DNA from: Octopus vulgaris
Lineage: Eukaryota
Reading direction: 5' to 3'
NCBI GenBank assembly: GCA_951406725.2
Contig: OX597814.1
Span: 131,006,001 to 131,070,000, forward strand
DNA: 64,000 nt
This document shows positions 15,010 through 28,230 of the stretch, piece by piece. The position numbers and the translations under genes were made by a program. Position 1 is the stretch's first letter, and each line of letters opens with the position of its first letter. Under the pieces are notes generated by a model. It was not told the origin of the DNA, did not search any database, and worked only from the letters and a program-made list of their open reading frames with translations.

Positions 15010-15482
15010 CCTTCAAGAAATTATGTAAGGTGACCTACTACAATGGTGCCTATCCGCGGTAGTGAGGTGGAGAGTGTTCACGCGAATTCCAAACAGCTGA
15101 GAGTTATTTATTTATTTAATTATTTATTTATTCATTTCGGCTACTGGAGGTATAGCTCCACAGCTGTCGAGTTGATGGCGCTTATTTCGGCAGAAACTCG
15201 TGTGTCCACGGATGTTCTCTCTCTCCAAATAATCAGCATCTTTTAATTGCAGATCAATTTTGAAGAATATACTTGATTCGTAAGATTATCACTTTCTCGT
15301 AAGTAGTCGGGTTTAATTGGCCATTTGGTATTTTTAAAACTTGATCTATATGGCATGTGATAAACCTGCCTTTGTGTGTGTATGTACATACATACATGCA
15401 TACATTCATACACACATACACGCACACAGAATATATATCTAAACATAGATACCCTCATATATACGTGTGCATATATATATTT

Positions 15483-15515
<33 letters not shown>

Positions 15516-15537
15516 CTTACATATACACATACAAATA

Positions 15538-15618
<81 letters not shown>

Positions 15619-15631
15619 CATATACACATAC

Positions 15632-15661
<30 letters not shown>

Positions 15662-15666
<5 letters not shown>

Positions 15667-16035
15667 CACTGGGTAAGTACCTTGCTTGCCAACCACATGG
15701 TTCTGAGTTCAGTCCCACTGCGTGACACTTTGGCAAGTAGCTTCTACAAAGCCTTGTGAGTGGATTTGGTAGACGGAAACTGAAACATGCCCGTCATACA
15801 TGTATGTGTGTGCGTGCGTGTATGTGTGTGTGTGTGTATGTTTGGTGCGTGTATGTGCTGGTCTCCCCAACATCGCTTGACAACCGATGCTAGTGTGTTT
15901 AAGTCCCCGTAACTTGGCGGTTCGGCATAACAGATCGATAGAATATGTGGTAAGCTTACAAAGAATAAGTCCTGTGGTCGATTTGCTCCAGATTGGCCAC
16001 CGTCAAATGACTGAAACAAATAAAAGAATAAAAAA
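15662..16035 (+). mobile_element. SINE family B
   Basis: AACCACATGGTTCTGAGTTCAGTCCCACTGCG..CATCGCTTGACAACCGATG..AAATGACTGAAACAA. Confidence 0.88.
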
Positions 16036-16465
16036 GAACACATGCACAATTCACACGTAAAAACATATGTCAATGTTATCTAGCCTGACTTCTCCAACGT
16101 CAGTGGTTATTTCTTTGCATGTGTGTGAGTCTAATGATTGTGTGTGAGTGTATTTCTACGAGGACTTGTGCACGTACATGAGAAACAAGCAGATAGAAAG
16201 AGAGAAAGGGAGACAGAGAGAAAGGCAAAGAAATTCTGAGTGAGAGAGAGAGGAATGAGAGAGAGGGCGATAGCGAGAGCGAGAGTGAGAGAGAGAATGT
16301 GTGTGTGTGTGTAAGTATATCTTAGTCTGTGCGTGCGAACGCGCGTTCTGAAGCACAAACATTAATTTCCTTTGACGCGAAACTAACTCACTTTACTTCG
16401 CTAGCAATGAAGAGTAATTAGTAACATACTGGCTGACATTGGTGACTCCCTTCACACCCTGGCTG

Positions 16466-16479
16466 GTTGCCATAGAAAC
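16466..16479. promoter_or_regulatory. Candidate RFX X-box
   Basis: GTTGCCATAGAAAC matches the X-box consensus GTTNCC-AT-RGNAAC and lies in non-repetitive sequence. Confidence 0.35.
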
Positions 16480-17631
16480 TAAATGTTATATAAGATAAGC
16501 AAAGAAAAAAAGAGCGCTGACTTTTATCTTTGTTAGTATGGAAGAAATAGAATGAGTTTTCGTGTTCTTACTTTTTCATCACCTTCTTCTACCTCTCTGC
16601 TTTCAGGAGTCTATCTCTCATCTTTATTGTTATTATTTTTCGCAGAATCAGCAGTGTCATTTGTAATATTACTCACATGATCTATATGTAGCTCTTGAAT
16701 TCTTTGCAAGAATTCGAGCCAAGCTTCCAAACTCAGAATAATATCCTTCTTTCTTCTCCCCAGTCACGGAGGCCGTTGAAGTATCATGGCGACTGCCCAT
16801 CGTCTCTGACAAAGTTATTAAAAACTAAGACCGTTGAGTTACTCTGTAGCCACATGGTGTCAGATCTGATCGAGCAAAGAGCTACGAGTAATCAATGGTC
16901 AACATACGTAGCTATGGTCGGTCCACATTTTTCTTCTCTGGGCATACCACACTTCCGCCTGCAAGAGAAGCATAATTCACACTCCAGTGTGAAACTGTCA
17001 CTCGACTTGCTAAAAAATAACCACCTAAATCAAAGTTCACCTTACTGTCTTAAAAACAAATATTGACAGAAATGCTGAACTCATCTTTCATCCTTAAACA
17101 TTTAAGAGCAAACGTCTTATTGCCATTAGCATTTTCGACTGGTTTTAATACAGTTCCTTTTTTTATAAGAGACGACTAACAAGAAGGTACATGCATGTTT
17201 CATCTACCTGACATCATTAGTTTTAGTTTTAGTTTTAAAATTGGATGCTCTTGTCTCAGTATCAGGAGTCGATCCAGGTGTGACGTACCTATACCATATT
17301 AGCATTGAACCGATCTATTGTACCCCTCATTTCCAGAACCTGGCTCTTCCTCCTCATTTTTTTCCTCACTTTAGTGAAAGAGATATGCTCCTGACTATTC
17401 AAGAGTACTACCAAATTTTGATTCCCATTTAAACCTCCTTCACTCTTATTTACTCTGAAAATATCCGTAGGAAAGACATACAGATATATAACATATCTTA
17501 TCCCGGCTTAAAAACAAAATGCTGCTTATATCTAAACAAAAGAATTTGGGGGCTGGCTCTCCCTTGGTTACAACAACGAGTGCTCCTGTTGATCCGATCA
17601 ACGGAACAGCTTGCTCGTGGAAGTGGCTGAG

Positions 17632-17704
<73 letters not shown>

Positions 17705-17707
<3 letters not shown>

Positions 17708-17850
17708 GACGGGCATCTTTCAGTTTCTGTCTACCAAATTAACTCACAAGGCTTGGGTCAGCCTGTAGAAAACACTTGCCCAAGGTGCCACGCAGTGGGA
17801 CTGAACTCAGAACCATATGGTTGGCAAGCAAACTACTTACCCTGTGCCTA
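17705..17850 (-). mobile_element. SINE family B 5' half
   Basis: Reverse complement of the family B head. Confidence 0.8.
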
Positions 17851-18017
17851 TATATATATATATATATGTATGTAGGTAGGTAGGTAGGTAGGTAGGTAGG
17901 TAGGTAGGTAGGCAGGAAGGCAGGCAGGTAGGTAGGTAGGTAGGTAGGTAGGTAGGTAGGTAGGTAGGTAGGTAGGTAGGTAGGTAGGTAGGTAAGTAGG
18001 TAGCTAGGTAGGTATAC

Positions 18018-18345
18018 AAGGAGCACTCCGTCGGTTGCGACGACGAAGGTCCCAGCTGATACGATCAACGGAATAGCTTGCTCGTGAAATTAACGTGCAA
18101 GTGGCTGAGCACTCCACAAACACGTGTATGCCTGACGTTGTTCTCAGGGAGATTCAGCGTAACAAAAAATGTGACAAGGTTGGCCCTTTGAATTACAGGT
18201 ACAACGCATTTTTGCCAGTTAAGTGGACTGGAGCAACATGAAATAGAGTCTTCCTGAAGGACACAACACGCCGCCGGAAATCGAACTCATGACCTTAAGA
18301 TCTCGAACCAAATACACTATTCATTAAGCCACACGCTTTCTCACC
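18018..18345 (-). mobile_element. SINE family C
   Basis: Colinear with 12876-13202. Confidence 0.85.
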
Positions 18346-18594
18346 TAATCATGTAGGAAGGCTTCATGTCCATTTATTACCTGAACATTATTTCGGTTGA
18401 TTACAATGGAAAGTTGCATCTACTGCGAGAGTTTCTTTTTGCAATTTAGTGAAAAGAGACAGCCACAAAAATTAAACAGCTCTCACGACTGTTAGCGACG
18501 GGAAGCGAACTACTAAGCTTTGTGTTGAGGTCAATTCTTTGGCAGAGATTTACATACATAAACACCTACTTATTAATAAAATCTTACATATACT

Positions 18595-18890
18595 GAATGG
18601 AAGCACATGGCCTAGTGGTTAGAGCAGCGGACTCGCGGTCGGGGGATCGCGGGTTCGACTCGCAGACCGGGCGATGTGTGTGTTTATGAGCGAAACGCCT
18701 AATCTCCACGCGGATCCGGCAAAAGATAACGTCGAACTTCTGCTGACTCTTTCACCACAACTTTCTCTCACTCTTTCCTCCTGCATCTTGCGGCGTCCCG
18801 TCCAGGTGGGGGACCTATACGCCAAGGAAACCGGGAAACCTGCCCTTATGAGCCAGGCGTGGCTCGAGAAGGAACAAACAAAACAAAACA
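18595..18890 (+). mobile_element. tRNA-headed SINE family D with (CAAAA)n tail
   Basis: TGGCCTAGTGGTTAGAGC A box, GGGTTCGACTC B box; related copy at 32025-32322 (minus). Confidence 0.85.
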
Positions 18891-18924
18891 TATACTTTTT
18901 ATCTTTCGTGTATTCAAACACTCA

Positions 18925-20400
18925 TCTATACTGATGCAAAAATAATTGCGAGCTTTAACAATCCAATTAAATCAAACATCTCAGCTTAACATAAATTGTA
19001 TAAATTGAGACGATTCTAGATAGTTTTGCTACAATAAACACATTTATTTATTCCAGAAGCTTAGTATACTGGATTCTTGGAACCAGTGAATTCTACGAAG
19101 GTGTTATATGCTGCTAATTTCACAGGAATTTATCGAGATGCTTGAAAAATTATTTGTCAGTCGGAGAGAGGTGTGGAGAGGAAACTTGGAGAGATAGAAT
19201 TTCACAGCCCACCTATTTCAGTCGGTTTCTTTCTAGACATTTTCCAGACACGTTATCTGGTGTTGTCAAAAAGGAGAGTTGGTTCTCTTTCATTTACATG
19301 TGCTCGATGCAAATGCTACAGTTCTTGGAGGCATTTTGTTGATTCCCTGGCTTCAAGAAATGGTAGTGGTTGTTGCCTATAATTGACCAGAAAACAATAG
19401 ACATAACCTTCCTTTGTTTAAATCTCGGTTTGGAACATCATCAGTCGTTTTATAGAATCAGTATTTGGTCACATGTTATACAATGATCAAGAAATACACA
19501 ATTTCCTTGCGCAAAAGGCGTTCAGCTCGAGTGATATCCAAGTGTCAAGGGTTTGCCCCATCCCACTTTCTGTGTGATGTAAATGTGTCCAACAATGATA
19601 GAATCATCACGTATAGTTCTGAAGCCTCCTGGGTTATTTTGCATACTTCAATCTCTCTATATATAAAGCTGAAGTTGTCTGTGTATGGCAGGTTTGGTAG
19701 CCTTCAACTAACACTATCTCCTCCGAGACCCTGCGGCGCAAGTTGACCAAAATTGAGTGTATGATAGAAGAAGGCTTGCTCTTCATTCCATAGAAGAAAA
19801 AATTCAAATCGGACCATGTTAACACCAAAAATTATTTACATCAAAAAGATGCTTTTTTTCTATGAAAATCCCTATTTTTTACGATTTTTTTACTGTTGTG
19901 TCGCCATTTTTCGCTGTATATCACCCAGAAAAATGTTCACTTAAAGAGAATAACAATCTACATAATGCAAAATTTTTACTTTTCAAAATTCCAATTCTAA
20001 AGGGTTGAAACGCCGGGCGATACTGCTAGTAATTAATAACTTAGAAAAAGCCGTCAATAATGGGCTTCAATAATGCAGTCCGCTTCAATAATGGATTTGT
20101 TGTTATTAGGAGTAGAAGGTTCGTGGTTTCACTATAAAATGTTTGCAACCAATAATGTACAATACCGTCTCTTAGACAAACTGCATGGTTGATATAGCGA
20201 GCGATTCCGATAAGCTCTGTTATATTTTGAACTCATACAATAGAAATCACACGAATTTACGTTTTACCATCAAGCTTAAAACGAACGAGAATAGAATAAA
20301 CATTGTAAAAAAACCATTACCATAAATCAACAGACTGGAATCTGCACTTCAAAACGATGTATTACATGAAGAGGATGAAATTAAAGTTTATTTCAGGATA
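18925..20400 (-). mobile_element. Decayed near-full-length mariner, interrupted by a Helitron-like element
   Basis: Frame-broken translation: FLLYEFK..IARYINHA..VHYWLQTF (N-terminus, 20110-20270); FLDHCITCDQILIL; KVMSIVFWSIIG..HYHFLKPG; LLFDNTR; SPHLSPTD..FFKHLDKFL; TIR-like TGATGCAAAAATAATTGCG at about 18932. Confidence 0.8.
19652..20029 (+). mobile_element. Non-autonomous Helitron-like element
   Basis: Starts TC(TCTCTATATATAAAG), ends CGCCGGGCG..CTAG, inserted between A and T with no TSD. Confidence 0.78.
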
Positions 20401-20449
20401 TACACTGAAGTTTCAAATAACAAAAAGTCACACACACACACACACACAT

Positions 20450-20515
<66 letters not shown>

Positions 20516-20532
20516 ATTATACAAATATATAT

Positions 20533-20902
20533 ATTCTTTTATTCTTTTACTTGTTTCAGTCATTTGACTGCGGCCATGCTGGAGCATCGCCTTTAGTCGA
20601 ACAAATCAACCCCAGGACTTATTCTTTGTAAGCCTAGTATTTATTCTATCGGCCTTATTTGCCGAACCGCTAATGTTATAGGAATGTAAACACATCAATA
20701 TCGGTTGTCAAACGATGGTGGAGGGACAAACACACACACACACACACATATACATATGTATGTATGTATGTATGTATGTATGAATACGACGGACTTCTTT
20801 CAGTTTCCGTCTACCAAATCCACTCAAAGGCTTTGGTCGGCTCGAGGCTATAGTAGAAGACACCTGTCCAAGGTGTCACGCGGTGGGGCTGAACCTGGAG
20901 CC
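20533..20902 (-). mobile_element. SINE family B
   Basis: Reverse complement of consensus, with internal CA/TATG microsatellite. Confidence 0.88.
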
Positions 20903-22433
20903 ATATATATATATATATATGTATAGTTCTTTGGGGGAATATTTCGAAGGGCATGCATAAAACTATAAATAGTAGTATGTAAATATAGAATTAAAAAATC
21001 TTTGGAATACAAAATGTCGATGTCTGCTCTTGGGACACGATGCCACATCTCCTGTAGACACACACACATACGCGAGCGCGCGTGTGTATGTAATTAAATG
21101 TATTGATTCTGAACAGCCATATGTATTTAAGTAAGGCGTTTGTAAAAACAATAAATATACGTTTAAAGTCTAGGTCGGAGAGAAAGAGGAAAACGAACTG
21201 GAATATATATAAGTATAAAGGCAAGGCAAGAGTTGAAACTAAATCTTCTTATTAACGCTTTGTTGTAATCACTACTTAACTACATATCTTTAACAGTGTC
21301 CATCTGTTACTAAAGACTTTTTAAATCTACACAACACATTTTTAAGTGATCGTATTAATTCCTAGCACGTGCCGTCCATGAATATGTTGCTTGTGATTTT
21401 TTTGTTTCAGCTCTCTTTGATCGCAGAGCATTGGAAATATAAAAGAATCTATTTGCCAATCCAACATCACAGACGAATCATCAAATTCAGTATGCGATGA
21501 GAAAACTGCCTATAATAATAATTGCAAACTTCTTATTAAAGTAGTTCAAGAAGTACTATTTTCTTGCTATGATATAAAATATCATAAAAACCAATAATAT
21601 CATTTTCTGGTCATCCTTTTACAGTGTCTTAAGAACAAAGAGAATATCAGTTTATAGTCTGTGAACTTTCTCATCATCGATCACTTGTTGAAAAAGAATT
21701 GACGTTAAATGTCTCCTGAGAACTGGTGTTTTGCATCAGGTTCTTGGTGTGGAGCCGTTAAGATATAAAACTATTCCTTGTTATAAAGCAAATTAATCCC
21801 ACGCGATTCGGTGCCTGTTTTTCAAACTGTATAGTAAGCTGAGATGAAGAGGAATAGATAGTTTCTATCAGAAATTCAACTAAATGCTGGCAATAGATTT
21901 GAACTGAAGCCTTGACCAGTAACTTTTCCAAAATCTTATCCACTCGATCATTTTATTTTTGCAGATGATTCTAGTATGGTGGAAAGTAAATTGTACAAAT
22001 CAGCCAAATGCCCTCATTTTCAATGAAATGAAGTCAGACATGCTACACTGACCAACATACAGTAAACGAAAATCATGTCCAACAGCAAATAGATTGACAG
22101 AAAGAAGTGATATATATTCGCATCAATATGCAATAAGGTAATAATAAGAAGATACCCAAATATTGTAGACTGAACACTGACGGATATGATTTTCTTTTTT
22201 TTCACTTCACAGGCCCACTTGACCGCTGTGATAGATACCATTCATGATCCTCTTGAATTTTTTAAGTGAGTAGCTGCGGGTAAAACGAGCAGAATGAGAA
22301 TTCAGCTGGAAGGAGGTTTTCTTATTGGTCACACAGCTACTGATGATCTTTAGTATACGTACTTGAAACCATGGTACAGATTTAACTAAACAGTTACAAA
22401 CATACACACTTTGTATGTATGTATGTATGTATG

Positions 22434-22467
<34 letters not shown>

Positions 22468-22477
22468 TGTATGTATG

Positions 22478-22509
<32 letters not shown>

Positions 22510-22946
22510 AATGGAACAAAAACGCAATAGAGGACAATAATACATTCGGACAGATAGAGGATACAAAGGTGGACAGAATAAGCAACAATTAGGACAGGCA
22601 AAAAAAGACGGGTCATTCGTGGCCTTCTTTCTTCAGTTAAGTTACTAGAAGTCCTTACTGTTTCGGGCAGTTACATTTGAGACACTTCGATCTGGTTGCC
22701 TCCAAACAATCTAAGCTAAGAGCATTAGATTTTTTTTGTAAGATTTTTTATAGCGAATGTGTACGGCAACAAAGACAAAAAACGGAGAACATGGTGCACA
22801 ATTACAAATACAAACAACAAGAATAGTATATATGCATGTGTGTATGTGTATATGTATGTATACCTATAATAAATACATATATACATATACATATAATATA
22901 TATATAGAGAGAGAAAGAGAGAGCGAGATAGCTAGCTAGCTAGCTG

Positions 22947-22978
<32 letters not shown>

Positions 22979-24424
22979 CATACATACATACATACATACA
23001 TACAAACATACATACATACATACATAGATACGTAGGTAGGTAGGTAGATATGTATGTATGTATGTAGGTAGGTAGGTAGGTAGGTAGGTAGGTAGGTAGG
23101 CAATTACATATAATTTTGATTTCGTGATTTCGTGAATGCCATAGAAATTCAAAATGTAATTGGATAATCGAGATTAGACCAAGCAACCAATTTGAATTAC
23201 GAGGAAACAGCCATTTGAAAACAAAAGTTCAAGCGTTCGTAATTCAATTTAAGAAAATATTGCACATATGTCTGTGTATTTCAAATAATCTTTGTCAGTA
23301 AAAATATATGCCGCAAGGGAACTGTAATACCAAATGGGGGATAACTGTTTCAAGCATCTTCTTAGACTAAGTAAATGATATCGATTTTTAATATAGGTAC
23401 AAGGCCACAGGATTTGGAGGGAGAAAAGTAAGCGATTATTAAATCAACTGCAGTACTCAGTTGGTATTTAATTTATCCATCCCGGTAAACTGAAATGCAA
23501 AGTCGACCTCGATAGGAAATTGAGTCCAGAAGGTAGAGGCGGGTAAATTACTTACCGCATGGTGTTTAGTTTGTTTCTAGCATATTAACCGCATCGTTTA
23601 AAAGAAAAAAAATCAAAACAAAAACATGGTGTGAAGGAGGAGAGAGATAAGAGAGAAGAAGAAGAAGTGGAGAGAGAATAGAAGAGAGAGAAAATAAGAG
23701 AAAGAGAGGAATATTAATACATGATGATATTTTTATCAAAGCTATATAAAGAAAGTCCGTTGAAAACACATATATTGTACCGACCCACAAAAACGGCCAG
23801 TTAGTGTAGCCGAGTTAAACTAAACATTTTCTTCTTGACTTTATGGATAAGATAAATATTATTCGTTATAACTTGCACCTTATGGCAGTCTGTGTATAAA
23901 ATAAGATTCCAAGCATTCACTAGTCATACCATTTGTTTTTTAAAAATATAATCTTAAAACGTCATAATGAATTCCAATCTCCACTCCCAGCGATCTATTT
24001 ATCTGCACGAACGTACACAAATACAACATAAAAACACATACGTAAACACACATGCATACATATTTGTGTGGATGTGCGTGTGTGTGTGTGTGTGCATTTA
24101 TTGATACAGACAACTACTTGTCTTCTAGGAATCTTTAAGTTTACCATGTGTGTATGTGTGTACATGCATATGTATTAGTGTGTGTGTATCTGTAACCTTT
24201 TTTTACCATTATTCTGTCAGTATGCTTATCAATCTATTGAGTACTAATACTATCAATCTGCAGATATTTATACATGTATGTATGTATGTATGTATGTATG
24301 TATGTATGTATGTATGTATGTATGTATGTATGTATGTATGTATGTATGTTTGTATTATGTATATGTGGCTGGCATTCCTTCTGCCAGTTGTATATAAACT
24401 TACTTAAATGATAAAAGTAAATAA

Positions 24425-24470
<46 letters not shown>

Positions 24471-24528
24471 CGTTTTTGTATTTGGTTTGCAAGAGTCTTT
24501 ATGTGAGTTCGTGTGTTGAAGTATATTC

Positions 24529-24694
24529 TGTTGTGTCTGGGGCGAGTCATTCTCTTTTAGTGCCTTATAATTTAACACACTCACCGGTAAAATTTCCACT
24601 TTATTTTAGAAAAAAAAAAACAAGTGGAAATATTACCGGTGAGTGTGTTAAATTATAAGGCACTAAAAGAGAATGATTCTCCCCAGACACAACA
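24529..24694. repeat. About 73-bp-arm inverted repeat at the end of a (TA)n-inserted element
   Basis: TGTTGTGTCTGGGG..ACACACTCACCGGTAAAATTTCCACTT / AAGTGGAAATATTACCGGTGAGTGTGT..CCCCAGACACAACA. Confidence 0.9.
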
Positions 24695-24870
24695 CTATAT
24701 ATATAAATTACATAATAGATATATAGAAAATATATATATATTACAGAAATAAATATATAATATATAATATACTTACATATGACATATATATATATATATA
24801 TGGTATGACTAGTGAATGCTTGGAATCTTATTTTATACACAGACTGCCATAAGGTGCAATATCATCATAT

Positions 24871-24918
<48 letters not shown>

Positions 24919-24968
24919 CAAAAGATTGTACAGCAGCTAACCTGGCTCCATCAAACTCAAACTCGCAG

Positions 24969-26000
24969 ATGGAACTATCCACAATACACAAGACCGCCAC
25001 AGCAAATAGACCCAAGGTGGACACCGCCGGCAACAGCATACACCTCACCTCGATACTCCTACTGAACATCAGAGGACTGCTAACACTCAGTAATAGGACA
25101 AAAATCCCGTTCTTGAGAGACTTTGTTTCATGCAATCAAGCCTTATGCATAGCACTTACGGAAACACACCTGAAACCGGACATAGCAGATGTGGAATTAC
25201 ACATACCACAGTATGTTGTACTACGGACAGACAGAAAAGAAAAGAGTCATGGAGGAGTTGCTATGTACATCCGTGAGGACCTCACACCCCAGGTCCTTTT
25301 GTCATACTCAAACTCGGTGTGTGACACACTAATTGTACATGTAAGGCAACTTGGTGTAGTTGTGTGTGCTACATATCGCCCTCCAGATGCCCCAAGCCAT
25401 GTAGGCAAGTTTGAAGACTGCCTTATAAAAATAGAAGTTTTAGTCACATTAGAACAACACATAAGTGTACTTCTTATGGGAGACTTCAATCTACCCAATG
25501 TCAGATGGCCCGAGGGCCTTTCTCTCCCAGGAATGACTCGATGTGAACGAGGACAGGCGAGGTCCTTCCTGAACCTCATCAACACCCTGTACATGAAGCA
25601 AGTAATACTCCAACCAACCAGGACAGGTAACATACTGGATCTCTGCTTCACAAATAATATGGATCTCATCCATAATGTGAAAGTGACACCGACACTAATC
25701 TCGGATCACAACATGGTAGAGCTGACCATGTACGAGCCAAAGAAAAGCATGGACATGCAGCCTACAAGAAACTCTCAGAATCTTTCCAGCTTGAACTTCC
25801 ATAAGGCAAACTGGAAACAAATTGAGAAAGAGATCCTCAAACAAAACTGGCCTGAATGTCTCTCCTCGCCAGACATCGACATGAAACTTCAACAATTCAT
25901 GTCTGTAATGCAAGCAATATGCTACAAATGTGTCCCGGAGAGAAAGGCCACTGTACACAAGAACAAAATCCCCAGAGAGAGGAAAATTCTAATGAGATAG
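24969..26000 (+). pseudogene. LINE ORF2 APE endonuclease portion (premature stop at 26000)
   Basis: 343-aa ORF with the full APE motif set. Confidence 0.9.
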
Positions 26001-26059
26001 CGTACAAAAGTTTCAAATCGCCTAAACAAACAAATTGAAAGCAGTGAAAGAGCTTCCTT

Positions 26060-27534
26060 GCAACTGGCAAACTTCCAAGAAAACTGAAGGAAGGTAAAAT
26101 ATGCCCTATTCATAAAGGAGGTAGCAGAGCGGAGGCCAAGAACTACAGACCTATCTCTCTGACCTCACACATCAGCAAGGTCATGGAACGAATAGTCAGA
26201 AGGAAACTAATCACCTTCCTTGAAGAAAATGACTTGCTGCCTGACACCCAACATGGTTTCCGACCAGGAAGAAGCTGCTTAATTCTCAGCTCCTACAACA
26301 CTATGACTGGGTGCTGAAACGACTGCTCAACCACTCAAATGTGGAAGTGATATATATATCTCGACTTTGCAAAGGCCTTTGATAAAGTCGATCATGGAAT
26401 GATATGCCACAAACTGCGTGATCTTGGCATAGTTGGAAAATTGGGAGAATGGCTTCATGACTTTCTGAAGGATAGAAGTCAGGTGGTAGTAGCCAATGGG
26501 TCCACTTCCATTAACGCGCAAATAGTGCGCGGTGTTCCGCAGGGCACTGTTTTGGGACCACTACTGTTCATAATGGCCCTCTCAGACATGCCCTCAACCA
26601 CGCAGAGAGCCACGATCACAAGTTATGCAGATGATACAAAAGTTTCACAGGTAATACAGAACCCTGAAGACATTAAGCACCTGCAATGTGAGCTGGACAA
26701 AATATACAAGTGGGCTGAAAAGAATAGCATGCAGTTCAATGCTGAAAAGTTTCAAGCTTTATGCTATCAGCATGCAAAACTAAATGCAATACCCAATGAA
26801 TACACTGGACCTGGAGGGATTGCAATCCCAGAGGCACAATCAGTGCGTGACCTGGGTATTTACATGAGTGATGACGCAACCTTTCATGTACATGTTGCTA
26901 AATTGGCAATGAAATGTAGGTGGCTGGCCGGATGGATTCTTAAAACCTTTAGAACAAGAGACTAAGAAACCATGATGGTCCTCTGGAGGCACTTGTCCTA
27001 AGCCACTTTGACTATTGCTCTCAGCTATGGTCACCATCCAGTGTTAAGTTGATCACAGAACTTAAGGCGATCCAACGAAGCTACACGAAGAAGATAGCCT
27101 CTGTGCAGCATATAAGCTACTGAGAAAGACTCAAGAGATTAAGACTCTATTCCTTAGAGCGTAGGCGAGAAAGATTTGCCATAATATACATCTGGAAGAT
27201 CCTAGAAGGACTTGTCCCAAACTTTGGCATCGAGAGTTACACAAATGCCAGAACTGGGCGCCACTGCGTGGTGCCAAGGACTCCAAATTTGCCATCAAGA
27301 TGTAGGACAAGATACTGTGATAGCCTGGGCTTCAGAGGCCCACAGCTCTTCAATATCCTCCCGAAGAACCTGAGGGACCTGCATGGGGTGGATGCAGATG
27401 TCTTTAAAGTAGGACTGGATCTCTTCCTGTCAGGTGTCCCAGATGAACCAACTTCACGGCAGGAGGTGCAGATGAGGGCAGCTGCATCGAACTCTCTCGT
27501 GCACCAAATGGCAGTTGCTAAAATGCATTCGTGA
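26060..27534 (+). pseudogene. LINE ORF2 reverse transcriptase and C-terminus, frameshifted
   Basis: ORFs 26399-26965 and 27268-27534 plus intervening broken frames. Confidence 0.9.
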
Positions 27535-27902
27535 AGTAATATCATGTAGCAACACCAAATGGCGGTGCCCCAGCATGGCCACAGCTCGTGAGCTGAAACT
27601 AGATAAAATAAAAATTAAAAAAAAAATATATATATATATATATATACGTGTGTGCGCGAGTGTGTGTGTGTGTATGAATATACCTATATATGAAAGGCAT
27701 CTTTATATCCAATTTAACGTTAGAGCGCTGAAAACGGCATTATTTACCTTAAAACGACCGCTCATAATGACCGCACAAAGGCACACGATATGTGTGCTTT
27801 TATGCACACTACATCCACATGATACATCCTTTAGAGGTAAATAACTCTATTTGGCTTTCTAACAAAATATCCACGTTAAGTTGGATATAAAGATTACCGT
27901 TT

Positions 27903-28053
27903 GGTACATTATTTACATTATTTACATTTGACGGATATTTGTCCTCCTCTTGTTCGTTATTAACGCAACATTTCGGCTGATGTACCGTCCAGCCCTTATC
28001 TGGCGTCTTGGGGAAATTTCGAACCTGGGTTCTCCTTTATAAGGTATTTTCGA

Positions 28054-28120
<67 letters not shown>

Positions 28121-28125
28121 TGTTA

Positions 28126-28207
<82 letters not shown>

Positions 28208-28230
28208 CATTGTTATTATTATCATTATCA
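27903..28230 (-). mobile_element. Second copy (head missing) of the hammerhead-bearing element at 53207-53523
   Basis: Colinear CATCGAAAATACCTT..TTTCCCCAAGACGCC..GGCTG..CAGCCGAAATGTT..GGACAAATATCCGTCAAATGTAAATAATGT, preceded by (TAA)n. Confidence 0.85.

Larger units (their letters stand above)
24915..27625 (+). mobile_element. CR1-like LINE, 5'-truncated with an internal deletion, flanked by (TA)n
   Basis: APE motifs NIRGL, TETHL, RTDR..GGVA, YRPP, GDFNLP, PTR..LDL, SDHN; RT motifs NYRPISLTS, QHGFR.GRSC, DFAKAFDKVDH, GVPQGTVLGPLLF, YADDTK, RDLGI; C-terminal YSLERRRER; A-rich tail. Confidence 0.95.
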
